DNA from: Thermoplasmatota archaeon
Lineage (GTDB): Archaea > Thermoplasmatota > E2 > JACPAO01 > JAHFTW01
DNA: 64,000 bases
Direction of reading: 5' to 3'
NCBI GenBank assembly: GCA_041601615.1
Contig: JBFIHX010000003.1
Location: forward strand, 192,001 to 256,000
In this document: positions 10,178 to 18,807 of the stretch, in pieces
How positions within the stretch are numbered: position 1 is the stretch's first letter
How the letters are laid out: every line of letters begins with the position of its first letter
Position numbers and translations under genes: made by a program
The notes under the pieces: model-generated
The model's input: only the letters and a program-made list of their open reading frames with translations
Databases searched by the model: none
Told to the model about the DNA's origin: nothing

Positions 10178-11622
10178 CAGTTCGACCCCGCGTAGATGTC
10201 GGCGGTGCTTGTTTCGAGGGTGATTTTGGTTTTGATGGTGCGGCTGTCGTAGCCATTGGTGCGTACATGTTTGTGGTCCTCGTCTTGCTCGCCGACGGGG
10301 CTGGTGTCGTCGAAGTCGAAGGTGATGTCGCCCGTGCTGGTGTCGGCGGCGGCATCGTAGCCGCGTTGTGCGTCGGAGGGGGCGTTGATCTGGATGTCGC
10401 CGGTGCTGGTGTCGATGTTCCAGGTGCCGCTTGCGGTTGCGCGAAGGGTTGCTTCAATGTCGCCGGTGCTGCTGTCGATTTCCAGGTCGTTGGTGGTGCC
10501 TTGGAGTGTTACGTCGCCGGTGCTGGTGTCGATGCTGAGGTCGGAGACGGTGAAGCCGCTGAGGTCGATGTCTCCGGTGCTTGTGTCGATGCTCCAGGTG
10601 GTGCCGGTGAAGGTTCCGACGTTGATGTCTCCGGTGCTGGTGTCCACGGAGAGGGTGGCGAGGTTGCTTGGCGAGAGTGTGAGCGTCATGTGGGCCCACT
10701 GGTTGCTCCATTGTTGGTTGGGAGTTTGCACGGAGGCTGTGAGGTCGAAGGCGCCGTTGTTGGTGCCGGCGTCGTACCGGGTCGTCATGGCGGAGAGGTT
10801 GTTGCGGGCTTCTTGTTCGGTGTCGCCGCGGGCTCCGAGGTTGATGATGAGTTTGCTGCCGGTGCCTTCGTTGCTGATGGACACGTCGCCCACGGGGACG
10901 GCAAGGTCGATGTTGGCGGTGTCTACGGAGACGGACTCTTGGTAGGTGTCGGTGCGGCGGGCGACCCAGCGGCCGTTTTCTTGGGATACCGTGACCGAGC
11001 CCTTGTTGGATTGGCCCTCGCTGCCTGCTTGCGTGGAGGAGCCGTTTGGTGCGGGGGAGTCTGCGTCCTTGAAGTCGAGGGTGACGGTGCTGCTGCCGTC
11101 GGTCATGAAGGTGTAGCCGTATGCGACGGAGGCGGATTGCGGACAGACACAGACTTCCAGAACAATCTCGGAACCGGCGGGCCAGTTGGGCGTGTCGAGG
11201 TTCATGCGGGGGTTGTTGTCCGAGGCGCTGGCGACTTCTTTGCCGTCAATGAATAGCTTCGATGCAAACTGGGGCGCTTGGCCTATGATGGGCTCCAAGT
11301 GGACTTGCAACGAGACGAGCAGCGGGCCGTCGAAGACGAGGTCGCGTTCGGGGGCGGGGCGCAATGTGAAGCGGATGTTTTGGGGGGGATTGGCGGCCGT
11401 GCCGCTGCCGGTGAGGGCGGTGTCGGTGGCGTCTTCGTCGGCGTCCATCCACTGCCCAGCGCCGTCAGAGTGTAGGTATAGTGTTGCGTTGCCTGCTCGA
11501 AGTCCGGTGGTTGGTTCCGTGGCCTGATCGGAGACCTCCTCCGTGGGTGTTTCGGGAATGTCGTCAAAGCAGCCAGCAAGCACGGTGGCAAGCAGGAGGG
11601 AGGTCAAAAGCCAGGGGCGCAT
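10177..11622 (-). CDS. Lipoprotein with DUF4097-type beta-strand repeats
   Basis: VLAGC lipobox and seven (I/V)DTSTGDI-like repeats. Confidence 0.8.
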   Translation of the reverse strand: MRPWLLTSLLLATVLAGCFDDIPETPTEEVSDQATEPTTGLRAGNATLYLHSDGAGQWMDADEDATDTALTGSGTAANPPQNIRFTLRPAPERDLVFDGPLLVSLQVHLEPIIGQAPQFASKLFIDGKEVASASDNNPRMNLDTPNWPAGSEIVLEVCVCPQSASVAYGYTFMTDGSSTVTLDFKDADSPAPNGSSTQAGSEGQSNKGSVTVSQENGRWVARRTDTYQESVSVDTANIDLAVPVGDVSISNEGTGSKLIINLGARGDTEQEARNNLSAMTTRYDAGTNNGAFDLTASVQTPNQQWSNQWAHMTLTLSPSNLATLSVDTSTGDINVGTFTGTTWSIDTSTGDIDLSGFTVSDLSIDTSTGDVTLQGTTNDLEIDSSTGDIEATLRATASGTWNIDTSTGDIQINAPSDAQRGYDAAADTSTGDITFDFDDTSPVGEQDEDHKHVRTNGYDSRTIKTKITLETSTADIYAGSN

Positions 11623-11757
11623 GAATGGAGCGATGCTTCTTGCATAAAAAGGAGTCTGGGCGGACATTCGAATTCATAATTTTTTGCGCCGCTGCCGGAC
11701 TGGATGTTCGCACGTCTCGTCCACAAACCCTTAACCCTTGGAAAACGCGGTGCCATT

Positions 11758-12798
11758 GTGGCCCAAGCGATCCGGTGCCCCCGGTGTTCGACGCGTTTCT
11801 CGTCCGTCTCTAGTCGACCGTCGTGCCCGCAGTGCGGCCTCGTTGCGCGGGTTGCTGCGAAAGCTGCTGCGCCGGGTCCAGCGAAATCGAACGCTCCCCG
11901 CGCTTCGGCGCGCCAGTCTGCTCGCGCCAAGCCCTTGAGTCGTCCCCCTTCGCGCCGTGCGCGCCGAGATCGCGTGATTGCCGCCATTGCTGTTGCTGCG
12001 TTGCTGTTGATGTCGGGCATTGTCACGACGGCGTTGTTGGGCAACAACAATGCCAAGGCGAAGGCACCGGCTCCTGGTTCCCTGGACGCTGCGCCGCCGC
12101 TCGTTGGCAACATCGGAGGCGTCATCCAAAACACCACGCCGCCGCCTGCCAACGTCAGTGCGGTGACGGACAACGCCACGGTCGGCGGTAGCGGACCGGA
12201 AGGAGCCGAGCCGGCCCCGCTTCGTTTTGAGGGCAAAGGCGACGACGTGACCTCCGCCTTCACCACGGACCAGGGGCTTCTGAAAGTCTCGATATTGTTT
12301 CTTGGCGATGGCTACTTTCGCGCTTCCTTCATCAACCTCGACAACGAAAACGCCTCCCGCCGTGCCTTGTCGGCTCCAAGCGAAGGCGACTACGAGGGCA
12401 GCCGCTACATCGGCTTAGCGCCCGGCCGCTACACCGTGGACGTGCGCTCGGGGGACGACTCCAGTGCTTGGATTGTGACCGTGGAGCAACCTCGTGCCGT
12501 GGATGCTGCCAAGACTCCCGCAAACCGGGCCGGCGACGGAGATTTGGCGGGCCTTGTGTTCCAGGCAAAGGAGGGGGCGGTGACGTTCCAGACCACGCAC
12601 ACGGCGGAGCTTGGCGAATTCGTGGTGCGTCTGTTTGATGCGCAGGGCAACCTTGTGCGACGAGGAGGCAGCGAGGCGATTGTCAGCGATTACGGCGACC
12701 ACAGCGGCACCGTGACCGTCAACGTGCCCGCAGATGGTGTGTATTTCGTGGACGTGCAGGCGGCGGGGTCGTGGAGCGTACGCGTTTCGCAGTCTTGA
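11758..12798 (+). CDS. Membrane-anchored protein: N-terminal zinc ribbon, one TM, two beta-sandwich ectodomains
   Basis: CPRC...CPQC; TM VIAAIAVAALLL; repeated GDGD...GRYTVDV...WIV and GVYFVDV...WSV units; TTAA box 27 nt upstream of GTG. Confidence 0.75.
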   Translation: MAQAIRCPRCSTRFSSVSSRPSCPQCGLVARVAAKAAAPGPAKSNAPRASARQSARAKPLSRPPSRRARRDRVIAAIAVAALLLMSGIVTTALLGNNNAKAKAPAPGSLDAAPPLVGNIGGVIQNTTPPPANVSAVTDNATVGGSGPEGAEPAPLRFEGKGDDVTSAFTTDQGLLKVSILFLGDGYFRASFINLDNENASRRALSAPSEGDYEGSRYIGLAPGRYTVDVRSGDDSSAWIVTVEQPRAVDAAKTPANRAGDGDLAGLVFQAKEGAVTFQTTHTAELGEFVVRLFDAQGNLVRRGGSEAIVSDYGDHSGTVTVNVPADGVYFVDVQAAGSWSVRVSQS

Positions 12799-12851
12799 GT
12801 GGTGGATTCAGACCCGAGGCGACTGGGCGTGCTTGGGGGTGCCTGGGCGGC

Positions 12852-15317
12852 TTAGGTGGCTGCGGGCGCAAACGTCCCAAGCGCCAATCGCCCCGTCTCG
12901 GTGGTGTGTAGCGCCAGGAATCGTCCTTGGCGAACTCCATCGATGAGCCCGGCTTCTGTGAGTTTGCGCAAGTGGTAGTTGATGGTGGAGGGCGCCATGC
13001 CGAGTTGCGCCGCGAGGTCCTTGGCTACGGCTCCGGGTACGGCGGTGACGGCCTGCAGCACCATGCGCGCCCCGTCGGATTTCAGAAGAGGTGCTGCGGC
13101 CATGACGCGTCGGTCAATCTGGCCCTTGGGAAAGTAGCAGGTGAATCCTTTGTCGGATCGCTCCACCAATAAGTCGCTGCCTACGAGCTTGCGCACATGG
13201 TGCTCCATGGTGCCCCTTCCTTTGCCGAGGCGTCGCACCAGTTCTTGAAAGTGGATACCGGGGTCGCTGCTGACGGCGGCCATGATGTCGTTGCGCACGG
13301 GGTGATCCAAGAGGTCTGCCTTGGCAATGCGGCTGAACAACCCAACACCGCTTCCGGCCTTCAGAGCCGCTACGACGAAACTCAGGAGGGTAACACCCGC
13401 TGCTGCCCCGGCCAGGGCGCCTATGGTCTTGGGCTCCGGCCATTGCCACACTCCCTTGGTGGCGGCGTGGCGGTTCCACGGGTCGTTGGCGTACGGCGTC
13501 CATGTTTCGTCTTGAAATTGGGGTGCCGGGTCGCTCGCGTCGCCATGCACCGCAAACAGCGGGCGGCCGTCGGCTCCCACGAGCAGTGTTTCGGCGGAGG
13601 CTCCATTGCCGTCGGTGACCCAGAATGCGCCAGTGGAAAGATCGAAGCTGTAGCCCGCGGCGGCGTGCCCTGTGGCGACTTGGAACCGGTGGAGTTGGCT
13701 CGTAGCACTTGGCATCGTGGCAGGAAGCCGGTTGGGGCGTGGCAAATCGCCGCTGTCGGTGGCGGTTGCCTTGGTTTCAAGGGAGTGTTCGCGCCAAGTG
13801 CGGGCTTCGCCTCCGAGGATGCCGGTTTGGGTGCGGCCGTGCAGGGTACTGGTGACGACGCGAGCGCTCGTGCCGTCCGTGAGGGTGAAAGTCCACGTTT
13901 CCCAGCGTTCCGGCTCCGTGTTCGGTTGCGTCGCTGCTCTCTCGCGCACCGTGGCCGAGGCTTGGACGATTTGGGCGTCCGGGTGGGCTTTGTACCAGTC
14001 GGAGAGGGTGTCCGTGACGGCGGAGTCGAAGGCGCGGGATAGGGGCCAGTGCAATGGCACGCCGGTATCGTCGGGGCCCCACGCAGTTCGGTCGGCCACA
14101 GCAGGTGCGATTGCCGGGTGCGAGGGGTCGTGGTGTAGGGTGGGTCCGGAACCCGCCGCGTACTCGATGAGTTCGTGCATGACGTACAGCGTCGGTTGCT
14201 TGGCGTCGCCTGCAAGCGCTTGCACTTCGGCGGGCACGACGTCGGGCAAGCGGTCGAGGATGCGCACGGGGTACGCCACGTCGTTGGCAAACCACAGGCG
14301 CAGGCGGTCGCTGTCGGATTCGAGTGCGTATACGGTGGTGTCGCGCTCGCCCACGCGGTCGGTGCCGCTGACTTTCATGCGCAGCGGCCCGGACAAGAGT
14401 TCGCTGGCGCCAAAGTCGAGCGCAATGGGTGGCGGGCAGGCGCCGTGCACTTCGATGACGTTCCAAATCGGTACTCCGGTGCCTTGCAGGTCGTGGCGAA
14501 AGCCGCAGGGCCCGTCGATGGGCATGGCTTCCGTCCAGGTGGGGTCGGCTAGGCCTGCGAGCGCGGGGGCAAGTGCCGCAGGAGGTGTTGTTTCGCTCGG
14601 TCGGAAGGTGGCGGCGAATCCAGTGCTCTGGGCGTCGTGGTGGCTGACTTGCCACGGGGTTTCTTGGACGCGGTGCACGGGGGCGCCGAAGAAAATCCAC
14701 TCATCGTCGTATCCTTCCCATTCTTCGGCCCAGGCAAGCCAATCAGCGTCCCATTCGGCCCACGCCATGTCGTCGGCCCATTCTTCCCAGTCATCGCCCC
14801 AGGCATCCCAAGCGTCCCCATAGTTGTCCCAGCAGTCCTCCCATGCTGCTGAGCCTGAGGGGTACCCGGAGCAGTCGATGGTGGGCGTGCCGGGACCACT
14901 GGGGCCACCTGGAAGGCCGGGAATCACGGGGCCTTGGGGTGCCTGTGGGACTTGGAAATGGTTCTTGAGGTCCGCCTCGAACGGCTCCGTTTCCCATTCG
15001 GCAACAAAGCTGCGCGCCCAAGTGGGGTCGCCGTTGCGGTCGAGGACGAAGCGGTCCAGGGTGCGCTCGAAAGCATAGCGTGCCTCCATGTCGATCCACT
15101 CGCCTTTGCCGTGGATGTCCACGATGACGAGTGCCGTTTTGTAGAGCCCCGCGTCGCCGACTCGGCTCGGCTCGGTGCCTACTCGTTCGGGCGCGCCGCC
15201 GGGGCCGCCTTCTTCAAAAAATCCGTCTGCTGCAACCAAGCTACCGCTCAGAAGGGCCCAGACGACGAGGCCCAAGGTGATTTTCGACGCGGAAAGCGCG
15301 CCCATGATGCCTTGCAA
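12852..15317 (-). CDS. Membrane-anchored winged-helix transcription regulator with large ectodomain
   Basis: Signal peptide, ~600-aa ectodomain, TM (TIGALAGAAAGVTLLSFVVAAL), then two wHTH: PGIHFQELVRRLGKGRGTMEHH and PGAVAKDLAAQLGMAPSTINYHL. Confidence 0.85.
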   Translation of the reverse strand: MQGIMGALSASKITLGLVVWALLSGSLVAADGFFEEGGPGGAPERVGTEPSRVGDAGLYKTALVIVDIHGKGEWIDMEARYAFERTLDRFVLDRNGDPTWARSFVAEWETEPFEADLKNHFQVPQAPQGPVIPGLPGGPSGPGTPTIDCSGYPSGSAAWEDCWDNYGDAWDAWGDDWEEWADDMAWAEWDADWLAWAEEWEGYDDEWIFFGAPVHRVQETPWQVSHHDAQSTGFAATFRPSETTPPAALAPALAGLADPTWTEAMPIDGPCGFRHDLQGTGVPIWNVIEVHGACPPPIALDFGASELLSGPLRMKVSGTDRVGERDTTVYALESDSDRLRLWFANDVAYPVRILDRLPDVVPAEVQALAGDAKQPTLYVMHELIEYAAGSGPTLHHDPSHPAIAPAVADRTAWGPDDTGVPLHWPLSRAFDSAVTDTLSDWYKAHPDAQIVQASATVRERAATQPNTEPERWETWTFTLTDGTSARVVTSTLHGRTQTGILGGEARTWREHSLETKATATDSGDLPRPNRLPATMPSATSQLHRFQVATGHAAAGYSFDLSTGAFWVTDGNGASAETLLVGADGRPLFAVHGDASDPAPQFQDETWTPYANDPWNRHAATKGVWQWPEPKTIGALAGAAAGVTLLSFVVAALKAGSGVGLFSRIAKADLLDHPVRNDIMAAVSSDPGIHFQELVRRLGKGRGTMEHHVRKLVGSDLLVERSDKGFTCYFPKGQIDRRVMAAAPLLKSDGARMVLQAVTAVPGAVAKDLAAQLGMAPSTINYHLRKLTEAGLIDGVRQGRFLALHTTETGRLALGTFAPAAT

Positions 15318-15416
15318 AGCAATCGACAGGCAGGTTCAGGCTTCAAGATGCTTTTGGGACGACCACTGGATTGGGCCGCGACAACCCTTAAGCCCTCCAA
15401 GGCAGGCTCCCCGTCG

Positions 15417-17213
15417 ATGCGGTCCGCTCCGGTCCTCCTGTTTCTCATGCTCGCATTCGCCGGCTGCCTATCGGGCGACTCGGCAAGCGAAAAGGACCTC
15501 GTAGGCGGCGACGGCGTCACGGCCCTGACTTCGGCCCCGGTCACGTCCTACCTGCACGACCTGTCCGAGCGCCTTGACGTGCCAACCATCACCGTCAACC
15601 TGCGGACACCCATCAGCGAGCTGCTGGAACTGGACACTTGGATCATCCGGCCCGACACGGGCGCCCCAGTCCCCGTGGTCCTGGAAGTGACCCCGTACTA
15701 CGGTGGTGGCGAACCGGAGAGCCTTGGCCGGCTGGGCGCGGAACTCGTCAGTCGCGGCTACGCCGTAGGAGTCAGCAGCGTTCGTGGCACCGGCAACAGC
15801 GGCGGCTGCTTTACCCAAGGCGGCCCGCAAGAGGCCAAGGACACGGCCGCAGTCATCGAAGAGCTTGCCCAGCAAGCTTGGAGCACGGGCGACGTGGGCC
15901 TCATTGGCGTCAGCTACCCAGGCACGACGCCGCAAGATGTGTGGGTCGAGGCGCCACCGAGCCTGCGCACCATCGTACCCATCAGCGGCATTTCGGACTT
16001 GTACAAGTACAACTTCGTCAACGGCGTACCCATCAACGCCCAAGGATTCGCCTTCAATGCCTACTACTGGGCCCTTGTCGGAGCCAGTCCCGCGGGCCTC
16101 AGCGGCGGCGCCCAGCTCCTTGGCGACCCGACCCACGTGGCAACGGCCGTCGCGGGCGAAGCCTGCACAGACCAAGCGGACGTACAGCAAGGCGGCGCCA
16201 CGAGTGCCGTCGACGGCAACAAAGACGCCTACTGGCAAATGCGCGATTTTGAAGCCGAACTGCGTGCATCCTGGGACAAAAACCCAAGCCGAGCCAGCGT
16301 GTTCTACGTCCACGGTTTGCAAGACTGGAACGTCAAGCCGCACAACATGGAGGACTGGCTCCCGGCCATCCAAGAGACGGGCGTGCCGTACAAAATCTGG
16401 CTTGGGCAATGGCCCCACGCCTGGCCCGCCCCCAGCGGCGCCGACTCCACGTGCGAATACGACGAAGCCAACGACCGTGGACGCGCCTGCCGCAGCGACT
16501 GGTGGGACACCGTGCTCGTCGCCTGGTTCGACCAATTTCTGAAACACCGCGACACCGGCATTCTCGACGCGCCCGCCGTGCAGGTCCAAGACGACGACGG
16601 CGTCTGGCGCCACGAAAACGAATGGCCCCCCGCCGAAGTTGCCCGGCACCGATTTGCCCTTGGCAACGGCGTCCTTGGAACGGCCGGCACCGAGCCTAGC
16701 ACTGGGTCCATGTCCTACCACGACACCAACGGCGGACTCACGAGCACCCTCGTCAGCGCCCAAGGCCTCCCAGACCGCGCCGTATGGCGAAGCGAACCCC
16801 TGGCAAACGACTGGCACGTCAGCGGCCTGCCCGTGTTCCACGCCAACGTCACCGCCGACGGAGCCCGCGCCAGCCTTATTCTGACACTCGCCGAGGAAAC
16901 CCCCACTGGCCAACTGCGCAGCATCAATTTCGCCGCGCTCAGCCTCAACCACGCCCAGAGCCTCGAAAACGGCCGCCCAGACATCGGCGGCATCCGGCAA
17001 GAGGTTGAAGTGCAATTCTTCCCGCAAGACGACGTCATCCACGCTGGCAACCGCATCGTCCTGCTGGCCAGCGGCAACACCATCGGCGGCCCCGGCCCCG
17101 GCCTGCAACCCGTCAGCGACGGCGGCATGATCCACGTGGACCTTGCGGGCGCATGGTTGGAGTTGCCCGTAGACCATTCGATTGTGGTCGAAGAGCCGCA
17201 GCCGTACGCGTGA
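15417..17213 (+). CDS. CocE/NonD family (peptidase S15-like) hydrolase lipoprotein
   Basis: FAGC lipobox, TPYY, VRGTGNSGGC, nucleophile GVSYPG, HGLQDWNV, GQWPH. Confidence 0.9.
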   Translation: MRSAPVLLFLMLAFAGCLSGDSASEKDLVGGDGVTALTSAPVTSYLHDLSERLDVPTITVNLRTPISELLELDTWIIRPDTGAPVPVVLEVTPYYGGGEPESLGRLGAELVSRGYAVGVSSVRGTGNSGGCFTQGGPQEAKDTAAVIEELAQQAWSTGDVGLIGVSYPGTTPQDVWVEAPPSLRTIVPISGISDLYKYNFVNGVPINAQGFAFNAYYWALVGASPAGLSGGAQLLGDPTHVATAVAGEACTDQADVQQGGATSAVDGNKDAYWQMRDFEAELRASWDKNPSRASVFYVHGLQDWNVKPHNMEDWLPAIQETGVPYKIWLGQWPHAWPAPSGADSTCEYDEANDRGRACRSDWWDTVLVAWFDQFLKHRDTGILDAPAVQVQDDDGVWRHENEWPPAEVARHRFALGNGVLGTAGTEPSTGSMSYHDTNGGLTSTLVSAQGLPDRAVWRSEPLANDWHVSGLPVFHANVTADGARASLILTLAEETPTGQLRSINFAALSLNHAQSLENGRPDIGGIRQEVEVQFFPQDDVIHAGNRIVLLASGNTIGGPGPGLQPVSDGGMIHVDLAGAWLELPVDHSIVVEEPQPYA

Positions 17214-17344
17214 AACCAATAAGGGCAGTCAGAAAAAGGCCGCCGGGTGCATGCGGAACAACTGCAACCAACGACTGCATTGTTTCATTGCATTTTACGA
17301 CAGAGTCCACAAACTAGAAAACGAGCGGCGGCATGTTTCTGGAC

Positions 17345-17857
17345 ATGGGAAATCTCCACATTACAATTCTGTTTGCAATCGCTTTCATGTCGTTTTCTGG
17401 CTGCGCGGACGAACCTGAGCCAAACGACACATGGGAAGAAACGGCGGAAGTTCCCGTCACTTCGTCGGAGTCCGTTGTTTTGGCCGCCAGAAACGGAGAT
17501 GCCCAAGAATTTGATGCACTTTGTATATTCGGGGGGGCATCCGAGTTGAAACGAAATGATAACAAGATTGATACGGGGACTGAGGGGCTGGTGTTCCGCA
17601 TGGATGTGCCCGTGGCCTACACGGGCTATCGGGTCGGATACACCGTTGATGGCGGGGAAATTAATTGGCTCCCGACCCTGTCGGGTGGCGAACAGGGCCA
17701 GGCGGTCGTGGATGTGCTCCCTAGCCAAACAGAAACTGGCGAGGTTCGATGGAGGTTCTACATGGAGGCGAACGTAAAAGACGTCGAGCAGGATTGTTAT
17801 ACAGGAATCGGCAGTGGGTCGATGGCAATCGAAATATCAACAATTATGCCAAATTAA
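17345..17857 (+). CDS. Lipoprotein of unknown function (AT-richer islet)
   Basis: FSGC lipobox; 170-aa ORF. Confidence 0.7.
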   Translation: MGNLHITILFAIAFMSFSGCADEPEPNDTWEETAEVPVTSSESVVLAARNGDAQEFDALCIFGGASELKRNDNKIDTGTEGLVFRMDVPVAYTGYRVGYTVDGGEINWLPTLSGGEQGQAVVDVLPSQTETGEVRWRFYMEANVKDVEQDCYTGIGSGSMAIEISTIMPN

Positions 17858-17979
17858 TGGATAATATGCCTACTACTATTTTCACAACATGTCAAATTAT
17901 ATATAAAGTAGGCGAGATTACTTTATAATTAGATTGAACTATCCTAGTCTAGCAGACCAAAGAGTCTGTAGGTGAAACT

Positions 17980-18366
17980 ATGAATGATGTAAAATAAAAC
18001 CGAAGCGCATCAATTGGAGTGCTTTTGATGTTGCTAATTGCAGCCGTCGGAATATTGGCCGTTTCGACGCCTGTCAGTGCGCATGTCTGCAAATCTGAAG
18101 ATCACGCAGCGTGCGCATCACACGATTGCCCCGACGACGGATCTGTGCACACCCACCGCCACGATGTGCATTGGTGGCGCGATCATGGCTGCACCAGCAA
18201 ACCGTCGTGCGAGGCGCTCGGCGGAGTCATTGCCGGACGCGGGCCGGAAAACGTCGCGGGCAGACTCGACATTAACTCGCCGTGGGAATCTGACAACCGA
18301 GCCTGTTCGGCTGGGCTATACCAGCCAGACCCATACGATATCGTAGGGTTTGACCCACTCGACTAA
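17980..18366 (+). pseudogene. Small secreted His/Cys-rich protein with an in-frame TAA at codon 6 (or an intact CDS from GTG 18019)
   Basis: SD GGTGA precedes ATG 17980 (MNDVK*NRSASIGVLLMLL...), in frame with the signal peptide PVSA-HVC. Mature part has six Cys and HTHRHDVH. Confidence 0.5.
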
Positions 18367-18484
18367 GATCTCAGCTTCGATTTTTCCCTCTTTTCCTCAT
18401 TGTTTCAAGACCTTCAGCCCAACGTCCCCATCGCCGCTTTCAAGTGCCACCAGCGCAAGATACAGGAGGTGGAGCGTGGACTCA

Positions 18485-18742
18485 ATGGTCCAAAATCCAA
18501 CCCCGCCCGATGAGGGCCCCCACCGCCTGCCCGCCCTGCCCACGGAACTCAAACGTACCTACGACGGCCTCGTCCGCGTCGGTGCCACGAACCCCACGGG
18601 CGGCCGCGACCTGAAGTTCCTGTCCAAGGAGTTGCACGAGAACAAGAAGGAGCTGGACCACGAATTGCATGTCCTTGAAGGCAAGGGCGTCGTGGCACAC
18701 CAGACCAACGGCAACGAAACAGTCTGGTACGCCAGCCGGTAG
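18485..18742 (+). CDS. Small winged-helix protein
   Basis: LKFLSKELHENKKELDHELHVLEGKGVV...VWY; host-like codon usage. Confidence 0.7.
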   Translation: MVQNPTPPDEGPHRLPALPTELKRTYDGLVRVGATNPTGGRDLKFLSKELHENKKELDHELHVLEGKGVVAHQTNGNETVWYASR

Positions 18743-18807
18743 CAACGGCTCTTCGAGTTGAGTTGCGGACTCGTGGACTCGCGGCGGCGGGAGCGCTCGT
18801 CTTGGCT

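Noticed and set aside
10320-10650. Spaced DNA repeats GTCGCCGGTGCTGGTGTC resembling a CRISPR array
   Set aside because: They encode the DTSTGD protein repeats in frame; no cas genes or leader.
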